Notes: generated by a model from the letters alone, not told the origin. A stretch of 64,000 bases of DNA from Felis catus (GCF_018350175.1 NC_058371.1:112282001-112346000), one strand, 5' to 3'. Positions 24,280-37,584 are shown, counted from the first letter of the stretch. Numbers and translations: made by a program.

Positions 24280-25958
24280 GAGTGATCTTATTACGGTCTA
24301 GGGCCAGCTTTTTTTCCCCAAGAGTAATAGTCAATAATTGTATAATGCTAGTCAACAGGAAACAGGGTTCACTTAAGAGAATTTGTTTTGCAGTTAGCTT
24401 GGCAGGGACGCACTTACTCCACGGAGAATAGGGTACCTGCACTGACATCCACTCAGAGAAGTAATAACTTACCANNNNNNNNNNNNNNNNNNNNNNNNNN
24501 NNNNNNNNNNNNNNNNNNNNNNNNNNNNNNNNNNNNNNNNNNNNNNNNNNNNNNNNNNNNNNNNNNNNNNNNNNNNNNNNNNNNNNNNNNNNNNNNNNNN
24601 NNNNNNNNNNNNNNNNNNNNNNNNNNNNNNNNNNNNNNTCTCATCATCCGTAATTCATTAGCATATAATGGAAATGCCGTGCCAATCAAATTAAAGTTGC
24701 ATGTGATAAGAGCTCTTTGTTATTGATTGAAATTTTTTTTCTCAGCAACTTGTAACTGCATTTGATCCAAACATGCTTTCCGCCAAGTTGCTTTTATTTC
24801 CTTTCCCTTCTTTAACATGCCACATTCTTATTCTGTACCTAAGCGGCGATGGGTAGCATTTCTCTGCCAATCTTGCTTTCAGCTGCCTGTTTTTGTTTTT
24901 ACCCTCTTCGGCTCTTTGCATTATTCATTGCTGGGCTACAGCAAAATATTGGAATGTGCAGCACATGGCAAGAGAAGGAAAAAGGGTATCCCTTCGCAGA
25001 ATTTATGCTGTGTATATTTAAATGCTTTCAGCTTTAAGAAACTGCCACACCAAAACTCAAGCTATTTGCATAAAGACTAACCACTGCGGACCACATGGCA
25101 TGATGCCGCTACATGGAGGCTAATCACTAAAAATCCATGTCCAAGTTTTCAGAAAGGCATAAAAATATGATTTATATACATTTTTTGTTGTGCTTTTTGA
25201 AACAAGGGGTAAGTAACAAAATAAAACATGTCACATTTTGTTTATCCTTGTAGGCCTCACAGCCGAATACATCTTTAGTCTGCAAACATTTAAAATTTTT
25301 CGCTTCAACATTTCACCACACAAGACATCTGAAGGCTAGCCTCTTCCCTTTAATAAATTCTATAACTCAGAGCTTGATCAAAGCTCTTCCCTCAACTCTC
25401 ACAATGTAAAGAANNNNNNNNNNNNNNNNNNNNNNNNNNNNNNNNNNNNNNNNNNNNNNNNNNNNNNNNNNNNNNNNNNNNNNNNNNNNNNNNNNNNNNN
25501 NNNNNNNNNNNNNNNNNNNNNNNNNNNNNNNNNNNNNNNNNNNNNNNNNNNNNNNNNNNNNNNNNNNNNNNNNNNNNNNNNNNNNNNNNNNNNNNNNNNN
25601 NNNNNNNNNTTAATTGCACTCTTCATGGCTACACTAAAACAGATGTAAATAAGTGCTTTTTATAACCATTAACTTTCACAACAGGCTTCTTCACAAGAAC
25701 TATAGGCTTCCATGGTGGAGAGGCCGCTGAGGGTGTGGGCAGCTAAAGACTATACCGCAGCGCCCGCTCATTTGCATAGGCAGTTTGTTCTAAATCCAAC
25801 GAAGGGACACAAAGACATTTCCAAAGACAGCCGAGTTGCCCGTTTGAAAACAAATTGGACTTACCGTGTTGAGTTTTGAGTGGTGACGATATAATTAGTG
25901 CTTTGGGTTGGGGGAAACCCACCTCGGCACTAGCTTGGTTTTCTATATATACATATAG

Positions 25959-26001
<43 letters not shown>

Positions 26002-26260
26002 CATATATATATATATAGGTTGGCAAGAAAGCACGACCACTGAGAGCTTGAACCGATGAGAGCTTGAACGGTGAGAGAAATTAGAGTGGCAAGAACTAAT
26101 AAAAGCAAAATAGAGGACAAGGTTCTGTAAGGAGGCCAGAAGCTGAGCGGGCCTTATGCCATCATTATTGATTTGAGGGATGGAATTCGTTAAGGAGGGA
26201 GCGCGTCGTGTCTTCTAGGAACTCAGGCACGCAGCACGGTAACAAGGAAGGGAGCAAGCC
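24280..26260. promoter_or_regulatory. Candidate conserved regulatory block (POU/SOX motif-rich, CpG-retaining)
   Basis: ATGCTAATGAATT on the minus strand (24652-24664), CTTTGTT (24715), ATTTGCAT (25064 and 25770), many CpGs, no recognisable transposon. Confidence 0.4.
25962..26017. repeat. (TG)n(TA)n microsatellite
   Basis: Direct inspection. Confidence 0.95.
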
Positions 26261-26454
26261 CATCTGTATGCACTCTAATAGCAGAGTATTAATTTCAAGT
26301 AGCCTTGTTAACATGCTTTTTGAAGCTGCTTGGGAAAAAAATATACAGCAAAAATGTTACAGCTACACAAATGTGAATCTACTGTGCCCAACTTTCTCTA
26401 ACAGACGTTATACCTCTTTGCATTAGATTTTTCATCATGACTTTACTTTTTCCT

Positions 26455-26715
26455 CCCTGCTTTATTGAGGTATAATTGACAAATAAAATTGTAGGATATC
26501 TAAAGGGCATAAACTGATGATGTCAATGTTCGTCAATTCTCACACATGGTGAAAGGACCCCCCCCATTGGGTTAATTAACATGTGCATCACCTCACATAT
26601 TCACCCCTTTTTCTTGGTGAAAACATTTAAATGCCACTCTTTCAGCAAATTTCTATTCTACAGTACAACATCACCAACCACAGTTGTCATATTAAACACT
26701 AGATGGTCAAATGCA
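26455..26715 (-). mobile_element. LINE-1 3' terminal fragment
   Basis: GCTTTATTGAGGTATAATTGACAAATAAAATTG... Confidence 0.8.
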
Positions 26716-27114
26716 GTTACGTGGTCACTTTTAAATTAGGTTACCCTGTGACCTGAGCAACTCTGACAGGGAGATCTCCCATTAAGTGAGGCAGATTCTC
26801 ACAAAGCAAAGAGGAAATCTGCAAATCAAACTGGAAGCATGCGCTTAAAAAAAAAAAAAAAAAAACAGGTAAGATTCTCTCATGAGAAAAGGAGGAAACT
26901 CAAGGTACCACTGACACGCACCAATGAGAGCTACCACATGACATTTAATCTGTGACAAATTAGGCTCTGTGCCGTTAAAAAAAAAATCACCCATGATTCC
27001 TATCGCAGGATTTAACTAGTATGTGCTTTTTCGGAAGAGGGTGCCCCATCGTGATCCCCCGCGAGCTGTCTGATTATGGTTTCTGAGGACTGTTCAGCTT
27101 TGCAATCAAACAAT

Positions 27115-27350
27115 AACACTAATAATAACAGCCACCAATTATTAAATGTCAAATACCATGTACTTTGCATAATCATCCCTAATTCCCCAAACAATTCAGT
27201 AATCTGGGTATTATCTTCATTTTCAAAAATAAAACCTGGGGCTCAGAGAGGTTAGGTACTATGTCCAAAGTCACAACGCTAGTATACTGTAGAGCCGTAA
27301 CCCAAATTTAGAGCTGCCTGACCCCAAAGGCTAAGCTCTTTTTTATTACC
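27115..27350 (-). mobile_element. MIR
   Basis: GGGCTCAGAGAGGTTAGGTACTATGTCCAAAGTCACA core. Confidence 0.8.
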
Positions 27351-30300
27351 CCCGACTGCAGTGAGACACCTTCATTCCACTCTAGATAACAAGAGCAAAC
27401 CCAGGATGTCTCTGGGTTACCATACCGCTGCACCCCCTTCCCACATCTCCATTTTGCAAAGGTCTCTCGTTTTTCCTTAAGTAAAGCCAAAGGACAGTGT
27501 TTTCTTTACAACCATCCATAAAATAAGATTAATCTGGCTTCACAGGATTTATAACTCTGATTAAGGGATGGGACCAAAGTCCAAATACAGATGTGGAAAT
27601 GATTACTCTTACACCTATTATGTATGAGGCGATGTCTACATGATGGCACAAAGTGAAGGTTCCATCTGTCTTTGGACTTAAGCCACCTCGTCTTTTATAT
27701 AGGTCTTCCGAGTTTACAACCATGATTCCCATTTTCAGGCATATTGTTGCGTGTGTGTGTGTGGTGTGTGTGTGCACACACACAATTTCTAAGTTTGTCT
27801 GTCAGTCCTTTTTCCTTCCAAGTCCATGACACTGGAGGATTTAGAATATTAGTGGTGTTCAATAACTATTTATTATCATTAATTAGCTGAATTGCCTCAA
27901 GAAAGCCTAATGAAAAGGAAAAAGGACTTTGGTTTAAGAAAACATATGATTAGGCCTTCCTGCCGACATCCACTTTTTGATTACAGAACTTGCCTTTCAG
28001 ACTCACTGAGAAACTGCATTCTCAAAGCTATGTTTCCTTTATCCAAACTGATCTCTGTGTACAAGACAAAGGCTGTTAGAAGCAACTATTTCTAAATTAG
28101 CGTTAAACTGGAATTCCCACATTGTATCAAATTCAAACCATGTGACTTAATCTTTAAATTGTCTTCCTTGGGGGTTTTCTCCTTCCTGTATTGTTTAAGG
28201 CAGTCCGTTCTCCCCAGGCCGCTTAGTTCCTCGTCCCCAACCTACTCAGGAAAGAGAGGGCCGTTAAGAGCTGGTCTGGTGTCCTGGGATTTGTACTTAG
28301 AAGATTCCCTTTCAGTATTTGATAGCTCAGAGCTGAACCGGCTGTTACACACCACTCATCACCAACAGTGTCAGAAGTTGTATCAGCACCTTCAAAAAGA
28401 AAGTCAGTACATTTTCAGTTAAAAATAGCCATATTCTAAGCTTACCTATGTTCCCTGCACAACTTTTTTAAGTCAAAGTGAAAATATCTCTTGAAGCCGT
28501 GTTTGACATGCTCAATAATTCCTATCAGGTGTAAAACACCTTTGGTTTATTTCAAGAAACCAGCAGCTCCTTTGCAGTGGTCAAAACCAGGAAGGTCTTA
28601 AGAGTTGGCTTGGCCAGCATCCCAAAATGTTACTCTGACCACTGATAGATCTTTCATCAGGAGAATATGCATCAAGCTACATTTACTTTAGTGCAGTGGC
28701 AATTTGGTGTGCCTAAAACCACGGTGTTCCCATTTATGTAATAAAGTAGAGCAGAAGAGAAACAACGACACTTTCGAGAATTACAGTTAACAGAGAGATA
28801 ATATTCTGGTAGAGATGCTTTGTGATTCTGAGGCCTCTTCTAGATCTAATAGTGTCAAGGGAGTATAGGGAGAGCAGAGATACTTCTGGTTTCTTCCTTA
28901 GGCTAGGACAATTATATATAGGACCTCTGAGAAATGACTTGACTTCCAAAGATCTAAAGAACAGAGGAAGAAGTGATGATGGCCTTTTGTTTATAGAAGC
29001 AAACCTACAGTACTGAATGAGTATATATGGGGGTGTAGAACAAAGTATGGCTTCAGTTCTGCCCTGGACCAAATCCTGAATAAAATGGCTTAGCTCACCA
29101 CCAACATATATTTTTCTGTTCAGATAATTCACTAAATCTGGACTAGAGAAGTCTTCGCCTGTCAACTGGAAATGTATCACATAAGTTAAAAATGATCATG
29201 ATCTGTCTTGAAAGAGTAATCTAGAATATCTTCTTTCCAATTTCTAGACTATCTTCTTTCCAATTTTTCTTTCCCATTTTTCTGGATTTTACACAACTTA
29301 TTTCAAAGCAATGAGGGCAATGACTGCAATTTTACAAACTGAACCTGGAAGCAGCCTCATCTTTATCGTATTTATATATTTCATTAATGTAAATTTCAGC
29401 TCCTTTGGAAATTTTAGATTGATTTATAAGAAATAAAATATTACTTGGAAACAGTTTACAAATTCTCTGTATAATTACTTGATTGAACTAACAGACCTCA
29501 GCCAATTGTGTTAGCATCATTATCTGATGACTTTAAGAGTGAGCATTTTGAGTGGATTTGGATCAAGTTGTTAATGAGAGCTAGAGCGGTGGCTTATTTC
29601 ACTGGATTTTCACTTCTTGAGACATGGAATCATGTACTGAATAAATCAAGTGCAAATGGCTTCATCTTAGCCTCCAATGATCAACACTAAAAAGTAACTG
29701 TGTATTTAATGCAATCAACAGGCTCCGGCATGGTGGCCTACGAGTCCGGAATAGAAGGAGGGCTCCCAGCCAGCTCTCAAGGGTGTCCATATGAAAAGGA
29801 TCCAGGACCTTTTCATCTATAGGAAAATAAGGGATCAGAAGACAAACTATCGCGTCATATTTCGGGGTCAGTTTCCTGGCCAGTTACCAGCCCTCTCAAT
29901 GTTCTCTCTCCCAGGAGAAGTAGTCTCTGGTATTATCTGCTATTCCTACAGGGCTTTATTAAGGTTTACAAATTGTAGGACAGGCACAAATGTGACACAG
30001 ACAGGCAGTTTCTGTCCTCCTGACGTTTATAATTCCAGAGGCCTGAGAGGAAACATCAGAACTCTCCCTAAACCACCAAACAAAGGAGGAGGGATGAGAC
30101 CGCCTGCCAAACAAGCCCACCCCAGTGAAAGGCAGTCATGCTCTGTTCGAGTCCTTCCTCCAAGTGAACTAGGGCTCAGAATGAAACACGATTATCATTT
30201 AAGAGCGACAGTTTGTGAAAGTGAAAAACGAAACCCTTTCACCGGGCTGAGTTTTTACACGCTTGCCGTAACTACTACATTGAAGCATGCCTGTTAAAGA

Positions 30301-30755
30301 TAAATGGAATGAAATAATAAAACTCGTAAAGGGCTTAATGCCTGGCACATAATAAGCCCTCAATAAATGGATTCTGAGATCTTATCAGGAAGAAAATCAA
30401 ATGGAGCCTAGTAATGAAAACATTTTAGTCAGAAGAAGGACATACATTTTTTTGACACACGTAAAATACAATTATAGCGCAACTGGACCAAACTGAGAGG
30501 TTCCTAGAGTTATGTGGAGTCCCGAAAACACCTTTACAGCATAACAGGGACTTGTTGGGACTTCATAAGAAAGGATTAGGACATGTGTTTATTTTTTTTT
30601 TAAAGACTGCCCTATGGGGACCTAAAGTGAAATACAAGGCTTATAGGCTTGGCCTGATCCTCCCCAAATTTGGGGGTTGTTTAACGTAAGTCATCTCGGA
30701 TTTTAAGCTGGCTATTCCGGACTATTCCCTTAACTAAAACAAGACGGCCCCCTAC

Positions 30756-31233
30756 CTTCACTGAGAGATCTCAGAATCCCTGAAGNNNNNNNNNNNNNNN
30801 NNNNNNNNNNNNNNNNNNNNNNNNNNNNNNNNNNNNNNNNNNNNNNNNNNNNNNNNNNNNNNNNNNNNNNNNNNNNNNNNNNNNNNNNNNNNNNNNNNNN
30901 NNNNNNNNNNNNNNNNNNNNNNNNNNNNNNNNNNNNNNNNNNNNNNNNNNNNNNNNNNNNNNNNNNNNNNNNNNNNNNNNNNNNNNNNNNNNNNNNNNNN
31001 NNNNNNNNNNNNNNNNNNNNNNNNNNNNNNNNNNNNNNNNNNNNNNNNNNNNNNNNNNNNNNNNNNNNNNNNNNNNNNNNNNNNNNNNNNNNNNNNNNNN
31101 NNNNNNNNNNNNNNNNNNNNNNNNNNNNNNNNNNNNNNNNNNNNNNNNNNNNNNNNNGTGCGTAGGTGGGGAAGCCGGGTCTTTCTTTTGCAATTCTCAA
31201 GCCCCGTGAAGTGTATGGGAGCGATAACGCAGC
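30756..31233 (-). other. Candidate exon(s), largely hidden by a 372-nt gap
   Basis: Minus-strand acceptor CTCTTTCTTTTCTCTTAG|G (exon start 31233) and donor GAAG|GTAGGG (exon end 30756); CpG-rich. Confidence 0.35.
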
Positions 31234-33659
31234 CTAAGAGAAAAGAAAGAGATATTTAAACTTCAGAGGATTTTTCACTGTGTGTGTTATTGGTAAGAAC
31301 CCTAGAAAAAGAAAAACGATTTAAATCCATGAGGTTTCCCTCCGATACTGCCCTCTTCAAATCCTAGGCCAGCATGCTAAATATTATCCTGGTTATCTAG
31401 GACAATAGTCTCAATCCACCTAGTTAAAAGATACCTAGGAATGTGGTTCACAGCCAGTAATATAGATTAGTATGCTAATGTTGTTCTAAGGGTAGCATTG
31501 TTAAATAAGCCCGAGATATCCCTGGAATCAGACTGAGCACACCAAGCCAACCCGTGTGTATCATTTAGGATTATACACGAACTGTTAAGAATACAGAACA
31601 ATTGCTTCGCATTTCTCTGTGCTGGTGTCATCTCCCTTTCATATCTGGGAACAACACCCATATCTCGTCCGCAGCCACTGACATTTGTCATAAATTCCAA
31701 TTGACCTTTTGCCAGAAGAGCTTCAGGATGATTTTCTTTTTATCTTTTCACGTCTTCAGCCTGTAATGATTCATTCCGGAAGTATTTGGGGCCCAGTACT
31801 GTGCTAGATATTATGGGAGGTGAACAAGAAGCAGGAAAATCAGTCCCTACTTGGGCAATCGATACGTTTTTGACACCAGTAGACAATTGGGAGACAGTAA
31901 GAACTTACTGGTATGACCTGAATACATCAAGGCTGAAAAAGTAAAAAATAAATAAATAAATAAAATAAGGCAAAGATATCTGTGTATTCCGTTTAGTCAT
32001 CAAAGGCTTTCTGTGGAACATAAATATGGAATGGTGTTTTGAAGAAAATAGGGGATCTGGATGAGAAAAGTATTTGAGATGAAAAGAAATCTTTTAAAAG
32101 AAAGCAGAAGGAAAACAAACAAAGAAAAAAACCCTGATCAATAAGAAGGCCATAAGAAGAGAAACAAAGTGTGTTGACTAGAATGAGGGATCCTCCCAGC
32201 TCTTTTATACAACAGAGAAGCAATGAGGCTGTGGTCATACTGGTCAAATATCCCAGATTTGACAAATAGAAACATTGACGCAAAACAGTGAAATAATTCC
32301 TCAAAAATTATGACTCCAACCAGTGTTGATACGTCGTGACAATAGAACTGAACAAAGGCATTCAAAGTCAGCCCTGGGGGAGCATTCACTCAAGTCCGGG
32401 TCCTGCTTGAAGTGTTTGGTGCGTAGGAGCACTTCTCCAGCTCTTCTTTGGCACCTCTGAATCACTGTCCCTCAGAAGGTGCAAGCATCTCTGCAGCCCA
32501 CCTTAGCCACCTGGGTACCTTTGTTTATTTGCTCTCTGCTATTTTTCTCCCCCTTTCCCCTTCCCACTCAGACTCCAAGAATGGTGTGGTCAACACTCTA
32601 AGAAGACTGTTAGCCATCTCAGAGCAGTCCTACTTCCAATTCACCATGTGGACATAGCCTAATACCCCGGGCTCAGCTTGTGCCGCCCTAATACCTGCGA
32701 GCTGGCATCCCGGGAGGAACAAATGCGATATAACTGAAATGTTTTTGCTCCACGGCAATGGGTAGACAGCCATAAAAACCATTGCCTTAAAAGATAAGCA
32801 AGTACCTTCATTGCCAAATGCTTAACTTCCTGTAGGAATACAGTTTATATCTTAGGTTAGGAAGAGTCCCGTTTAAATGAAAGTTCCAAGACAGAAGTGA
32901 AACTCCATCCATGCTTGTGTGTGTGTGTCCACTCTTAATCCCAAGAAAAACTATGTTATTCAGGACAACCTATTGTCTAGCCAATGACTCTCCTGTGATA
33001 ATCCTTTCCACCTACATAGTATCAGTCACAGGGTGAGGGAATTTAAGATGAGTTTATTATTATAGTTTCTAATGTTCAAAACCGTAAGCTAAACAAAAAC
33101 AGTGGGTGTTTAAATGTTAGAAGTGTTAATACAAACCATACTAATAAATTTAAGTGGAAGCTCTGGGGCATCAACTTACTCTTATAAATAGATGATTCTT
33201 TTTATCACAGTTACAAAGCGGCTAGTGGTAGAAATAAACTCACGTTTCATTCTCTATTAATGTGCTTAAAACCTACCAATCCAGTTGTTTACAAATGGGA
33301 TTCAAAGGGAAAGAATTCATTTAATACATTTGGAAAATGCTTTGAGGTCTTTTGAAGAAAGGACAGACATGCAAAGATTCTACCTTTTCCTAGGTGACTT
33401 GTCGTCTCGGATAGAAATACTGCAATGGAGAATGGGGAAGCCTTAATTGTCTTTTTCACTCTGTCTCTGCTCCTGATGAGCCACCTGCGTGAACTCAGGC
33501 ACGTTCTTAAGCGTTCAGAGCTCATTATTTGTGACCTAATAAACAAAAAGGTGTGAGAACCAGAGTAAAATTTGAAGCTTCAAGTCAATCTGAGAGATTT
33601 TGCTCAGGAATGGATCCGATTAAGGCAAGCTCTTACCAAACAAAGATAATGCAGAAAGG

Positions 33660-33830
33660 AAATCATATAATTATAGAATTTTAAAGCCAGAAACAACCTC
33701 AGAGCTTATTGAGTCCCACCTGCTCATTGTGCAAATGAAGGACTTCAAATCTGGAAAGAATAAATAAGATGTCCAAGGCCAAGCAGCCAAGTTGTACAGC
33801 CATGGTGAGAACCCAGAGACTGAAGCAACC
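33660..33830 (-). mobile_element. MIR
   Basis: ATAGAATTTTAAAGCCAGAAACAACCTCAGAG...GCTCATTGTGCAAATGAAGG. Confidence 0.65.
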
Positions 33831-34961
33831 CCCACATAACGCACCCGCATGCATGCACGCATGTGCACATGTAAGTTAAAATGTTTAGAAGAATGATATT
33901 TTCATGTATAGATAATGTTTGTATAGCAAAAAGGTGAATGGCAAATAATACACTATCGTAAAGCCTTTTTCTGTCTTGATTTCCCTTGAAGAGGTATGTT
34001 ACTGCAAAAGTGGTTCGAATCCAAGGCAAACAAAATTAGGCTAGTTCCAAGTGCTGTGTGAATCTCCTGCCCCATGCTAGCTATGGAGAANNNNNNNNNN
34101 NNNNNNNNNNNNNNNNNNNNNNNNNNNNNNNNNNNNNNNNNNNNNNNNNNNNNNNNNNNNNNNNNNNNNNNNNNNNNNNNNNNNNNNNNNNNNNNNNNNN
34201 NNNNNNNNNNNNNNNNNNNNNNNNNNNNNNNNNNNNNNNNNNNNNNNNATCACTACAATTTAGGTGACCCAGTACAAAGGCAAAATTACATAGACAGGAT
34301 TTGATTGTATTATAAATGAAATGCCATCCCCAATCTAGTAATTTTGTCTTATAACAATGAATATATGTATATATATGTCTATAGTTATTATAAAATAAGT
34401 GTGTTCCTGCCATAATCTATTCTCACACTCTCCTTCATAATTAATATTATTCACATTTTGAGCTTTTACTGAAGAAAAGATTCTAGGCCTGCCTGAAGTT
34501 CTCTGGAATCACTGGCATTTGCCCATCAGTCCACCACGTCTGCAAATGTCTCCTGCCCTAAAATAAGCCATCTCTCTGTCATTTTTGCCTTGTTTTACTC
34601 CTCTGTCTTTCTCTAACCAATCCCTTAAAGAAGTAATCTAGACAGGTAGTGTCTACGTTTCCTCTTCCCCATCCTGCAATGTCACTTTCAGGTCCTCAGT
34701 AGGTCTCCATTGAAGTTGTTTCACAGTAACCCACAGATCACCACATCCAAAGACTTCTCAGTTCTCATTGTCCTGGGTAGGGCTTGGCATCCAACAAACT
34801 TCTTCTCGGAACTCAGCCCCTTCATGGCTCCCTTGACACAACTTCCTGTCATTCTTTATGAGCATTTTCCCAATCTATCTCTTCCTGTTACCTCTTCCTC
34901 CACCGCCACCCCTCCACTCAGTCAATAACAATTTCATCCACTCTCCAGGTTTCATCTATAC

Positions 34962-35192
34962 CAGTGGTTCTCAACAGGGAATAAATTAGCTGCCAAGAGA
35001 CATTAAGCAATGCCTGGAGGCATTTTCGGTTGTCACAACTGCAAAGGATGTTGGCTACTGGCACCTAGTGGGTAGAGGACAGGAATGCCTCTATGTCTCC
35101 CATGGTACACGTCTGATAGTACACAGGACAGCCTTCTCAAACAAAGAATTAGCCAACCTAAAATGTCAGTAGTGAGAGGATGAGAAACCTTG
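34962..35192. mobile_element. MER20 (hAT-Charlie)
   Basis: Termini CAGTGGTTCTCAAC...GAGAAACCTTG; decayed 8-bp TSD ATCTATAC / ATCTACAT. Confidence 0.85.
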
Positions 35193-35789
35193 ATCTACAT
35201 CTACCTGTTTAATAGGTTAATGGCTCTTATATAATTATCCACAGCCTGCATCTCTCCATTAAATTCCAGACCTGTTTTTAGTACATCTCCACATATGTGT
35301 CCTGTAATCATCATTATTTGCCTCCAGACCTTCTCTTTTTATAGTCTCTCTCTCAGGTAAAGGCCTTATTTACTCAAGTTAGAAACCTTGAAATCATTAT
35401 CATTCCCCCTCTGTCACCTTACAGTACTTAGGTGTCACTGTGTTCTATTTTATTTTATAATCCGATAACCTCCTGGGTGATCTGGTGGACTCCAGTCGCT
35501 CCCCATCACACTCCATTCTTTATACTACAGCAGCCTTCATTCTACAACCAAAGTCTATCTTGTCCCTCTTTACCTTAAAAACTGTCAGTGTCTTAAAAAA
35601 AAAAAAAAATTGCCAGTGTCTTTCACTACCTAGGGGAGGAATTCGAAACCTGGATTCCAAACTTAGGGGGAGGAAAGGGAATGAGCCTTGAGGGGATTTC
35701 CATATATCATGTAAATTTATATCCAAAATTAAACATGCACTGCATTTTCCTGGAAAGCGCATTAACAGCTTTCAACAGATTTCCTATGG

Positions 35790-36124
35790 TGGTGATTCTC
35801 AAACTTCAGCATACATCGGAATCTCCTGAAGAGCTTGTTAAAACAGATTGCGAGGCCCCATCATAGCTTTGAACTTAGTAGGTCTGGATTTGGGGCTGTG
35901 AATTTGCACTTCTAGCAAGTTCTCAACTGATATCAATTCTGCTGATCCTGGGACCACACTCTGAGAAAAAACTTTTTTTATTTTGAAAGCATCTAGAGAT
36001 TTTATAGAAAATACAGAGGCCTGAGTCTCACTCCCAGAGGTTCTTTGGGGTGTGGCCTGGGCCTCTGGAATATTTTCAATCTTCTTAGGTGACACTGAAA
36101 TGCAATAAAGTCTGTAAACCACTG
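35790..36124. mobile_element. Two adjacent MER5-family elements (MER5A plus MER5A1/B-like)
   Basis: TTCTCAAACTTCAGCATACATCGGAATCTCCTG...GGGACCACACTCTGAGAA; the second copy ends AAACCACTG. Confidence 0.8.
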
Positions 36125-37359
36125 TTCTAAGGGATCCATGACCCAAAATAGGCAAAGAGCCTAGAAGATAGAGCAAATGTTGCTAGCGAAGAACCTTCTT
36201 ACTTGGCTTCCACATGCCTTTCAGACCCCTAACCACTCATTCAGGGTTCTGTCCATCTCTCACTGTCCCCATCACTTCACACTTGATCCTCCAAACGTCC
36301 ACACTGATAACAATCCCCTACACACACTGTGAACTTTCTGCCACTATCCATTTGCTCTACAATTCCCTGTGCCAGGAATGCCCTTCCCCAAACATTCTCT
36401 CTGGAAAATTCTACTCATCTTTCAAAATTAGTTAAAATGCCACCTGTTTTCTGACTTTCTTAGATCAAAACTCAAGCCCAAACCACCACTAAGCAGAATT
36501 ATCTTAGCTTTATCAATAGCTTTATCAATGGCTCTTTTTTCACATGGTGTAAGAGTCTGTTTACGTTGCTGTAGCTCACTGGGCTGTGAGATCCTGGAGA
36601 CCTACTAATATCTGGTACCTTGTGCAACACCCAGCACAGACCAGGCAATCGATATGATGTGCTTGTTCATTTCTTCACTCACTCCTTTATTCATTCAAAT
36701 AGGCAAAAGAAAGTCTCCTTTGCCTAAATGCTTGTAATTTGTCTTAAACTTTTTCTATTTTAAGATTTTTCTGCATCTTAAATGGCAAACAAAATTTTAG
36801 ACAGAGCAAGCTCCGAATGAACAGGAGTCTTCTGAATGGTTCTGAAAGTCAACAAGGAAGTTGTGCATGCAAGACAGACCTCAACAGCTTTATTTACTTA
36901 ACCATCATAACTGAATATTTAACGTACTCAAATACTTAAAGTTCTCGCTGGTAAACTTGCAAATAACTGTTTAAAAGAGTGTGTGCGGTGGGATAAATGA
37001 CTATAAAAATGTCCAGTTAGGAAAGCAGTGACCTGTTTCTCTAATTGCTGGCTTATGAAACTCATTGGGAATGTTCTCAGTGAATTACACAGGAAGTGAA
37101 TAGGATCCAGAGATGCTCCCTTCCATCTCCTCAGCTTGCTTCCCAGTAAACTTTTTTCATGATTTCTCTTCTCTGCCCTTCATAATAGCCACAGATAAAT
37201 AAGTTACATTCTGCACTTTGATCCCTCAAAAAAATAAAATAAAAATAAAATAAAAATTATATATATATGTGCGTGTATATATATATATGTATATAATATA
37301 CATATATAGTACAGTATAAATCGTTTCTACTATTTTGTGATTTAAAAAAGGATGAATTA

Positions 37360-37584
37360 GGGGCGCCTGGGTGGCTCAGTCGGTTAAGCCGCCGACTTCG
37401 CCTCAGGTCATGATCTCACGGTTCGGTTCGTGAGTTGGAGCCCTGCGTCGGGCTCTGTGCTGACCGCTCAGAGCCTGGAGCCTGTTTCGGATTCTGTGTC
37501 TCCCTCTCTCTCTGACCCTCCCTCGTTCATGCTCTGTCTCTTTCTGTCTCAAAAATAAATAAATGTTAAAAAAAATTTTTTTAA
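37360..37584 (+). mobile_element. CanSINE (SINEC_Fc2-like)
   Basis: TSD TAAAAAAGGATGAATTA. Confidence 0.97.

Larger units (their letters stand above)
34500..36700 (+). mobile_element. Fragmented L2 hosting MER20 and MER5 insertions
   Basis: Pyrimidine-rich L2 body; 3' end ...CCCAGCACAGACCAGGCAATCGATA. Confidence 0.6.

Noticed and set aside
28734-30297. Longer unique ORFs 28734-29180 (-) and 29791-30297 (+)
   Set aside because: They have no recognisable domain or coding-like composition, and such lengths are plausible by chance in 64 kb.
30730-31200. Long ORFs containing X runs (here and at the other gaps)
   Set aside because: They are artefacts of translating through N gaps.
24280-33535. 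Naming the host locus as a specific known neural lncRNA or miRNA host gene
   Set aside because: No diagnostic exon or miRNA sequence was recognised in the visible bases, so identification needs an alignment.
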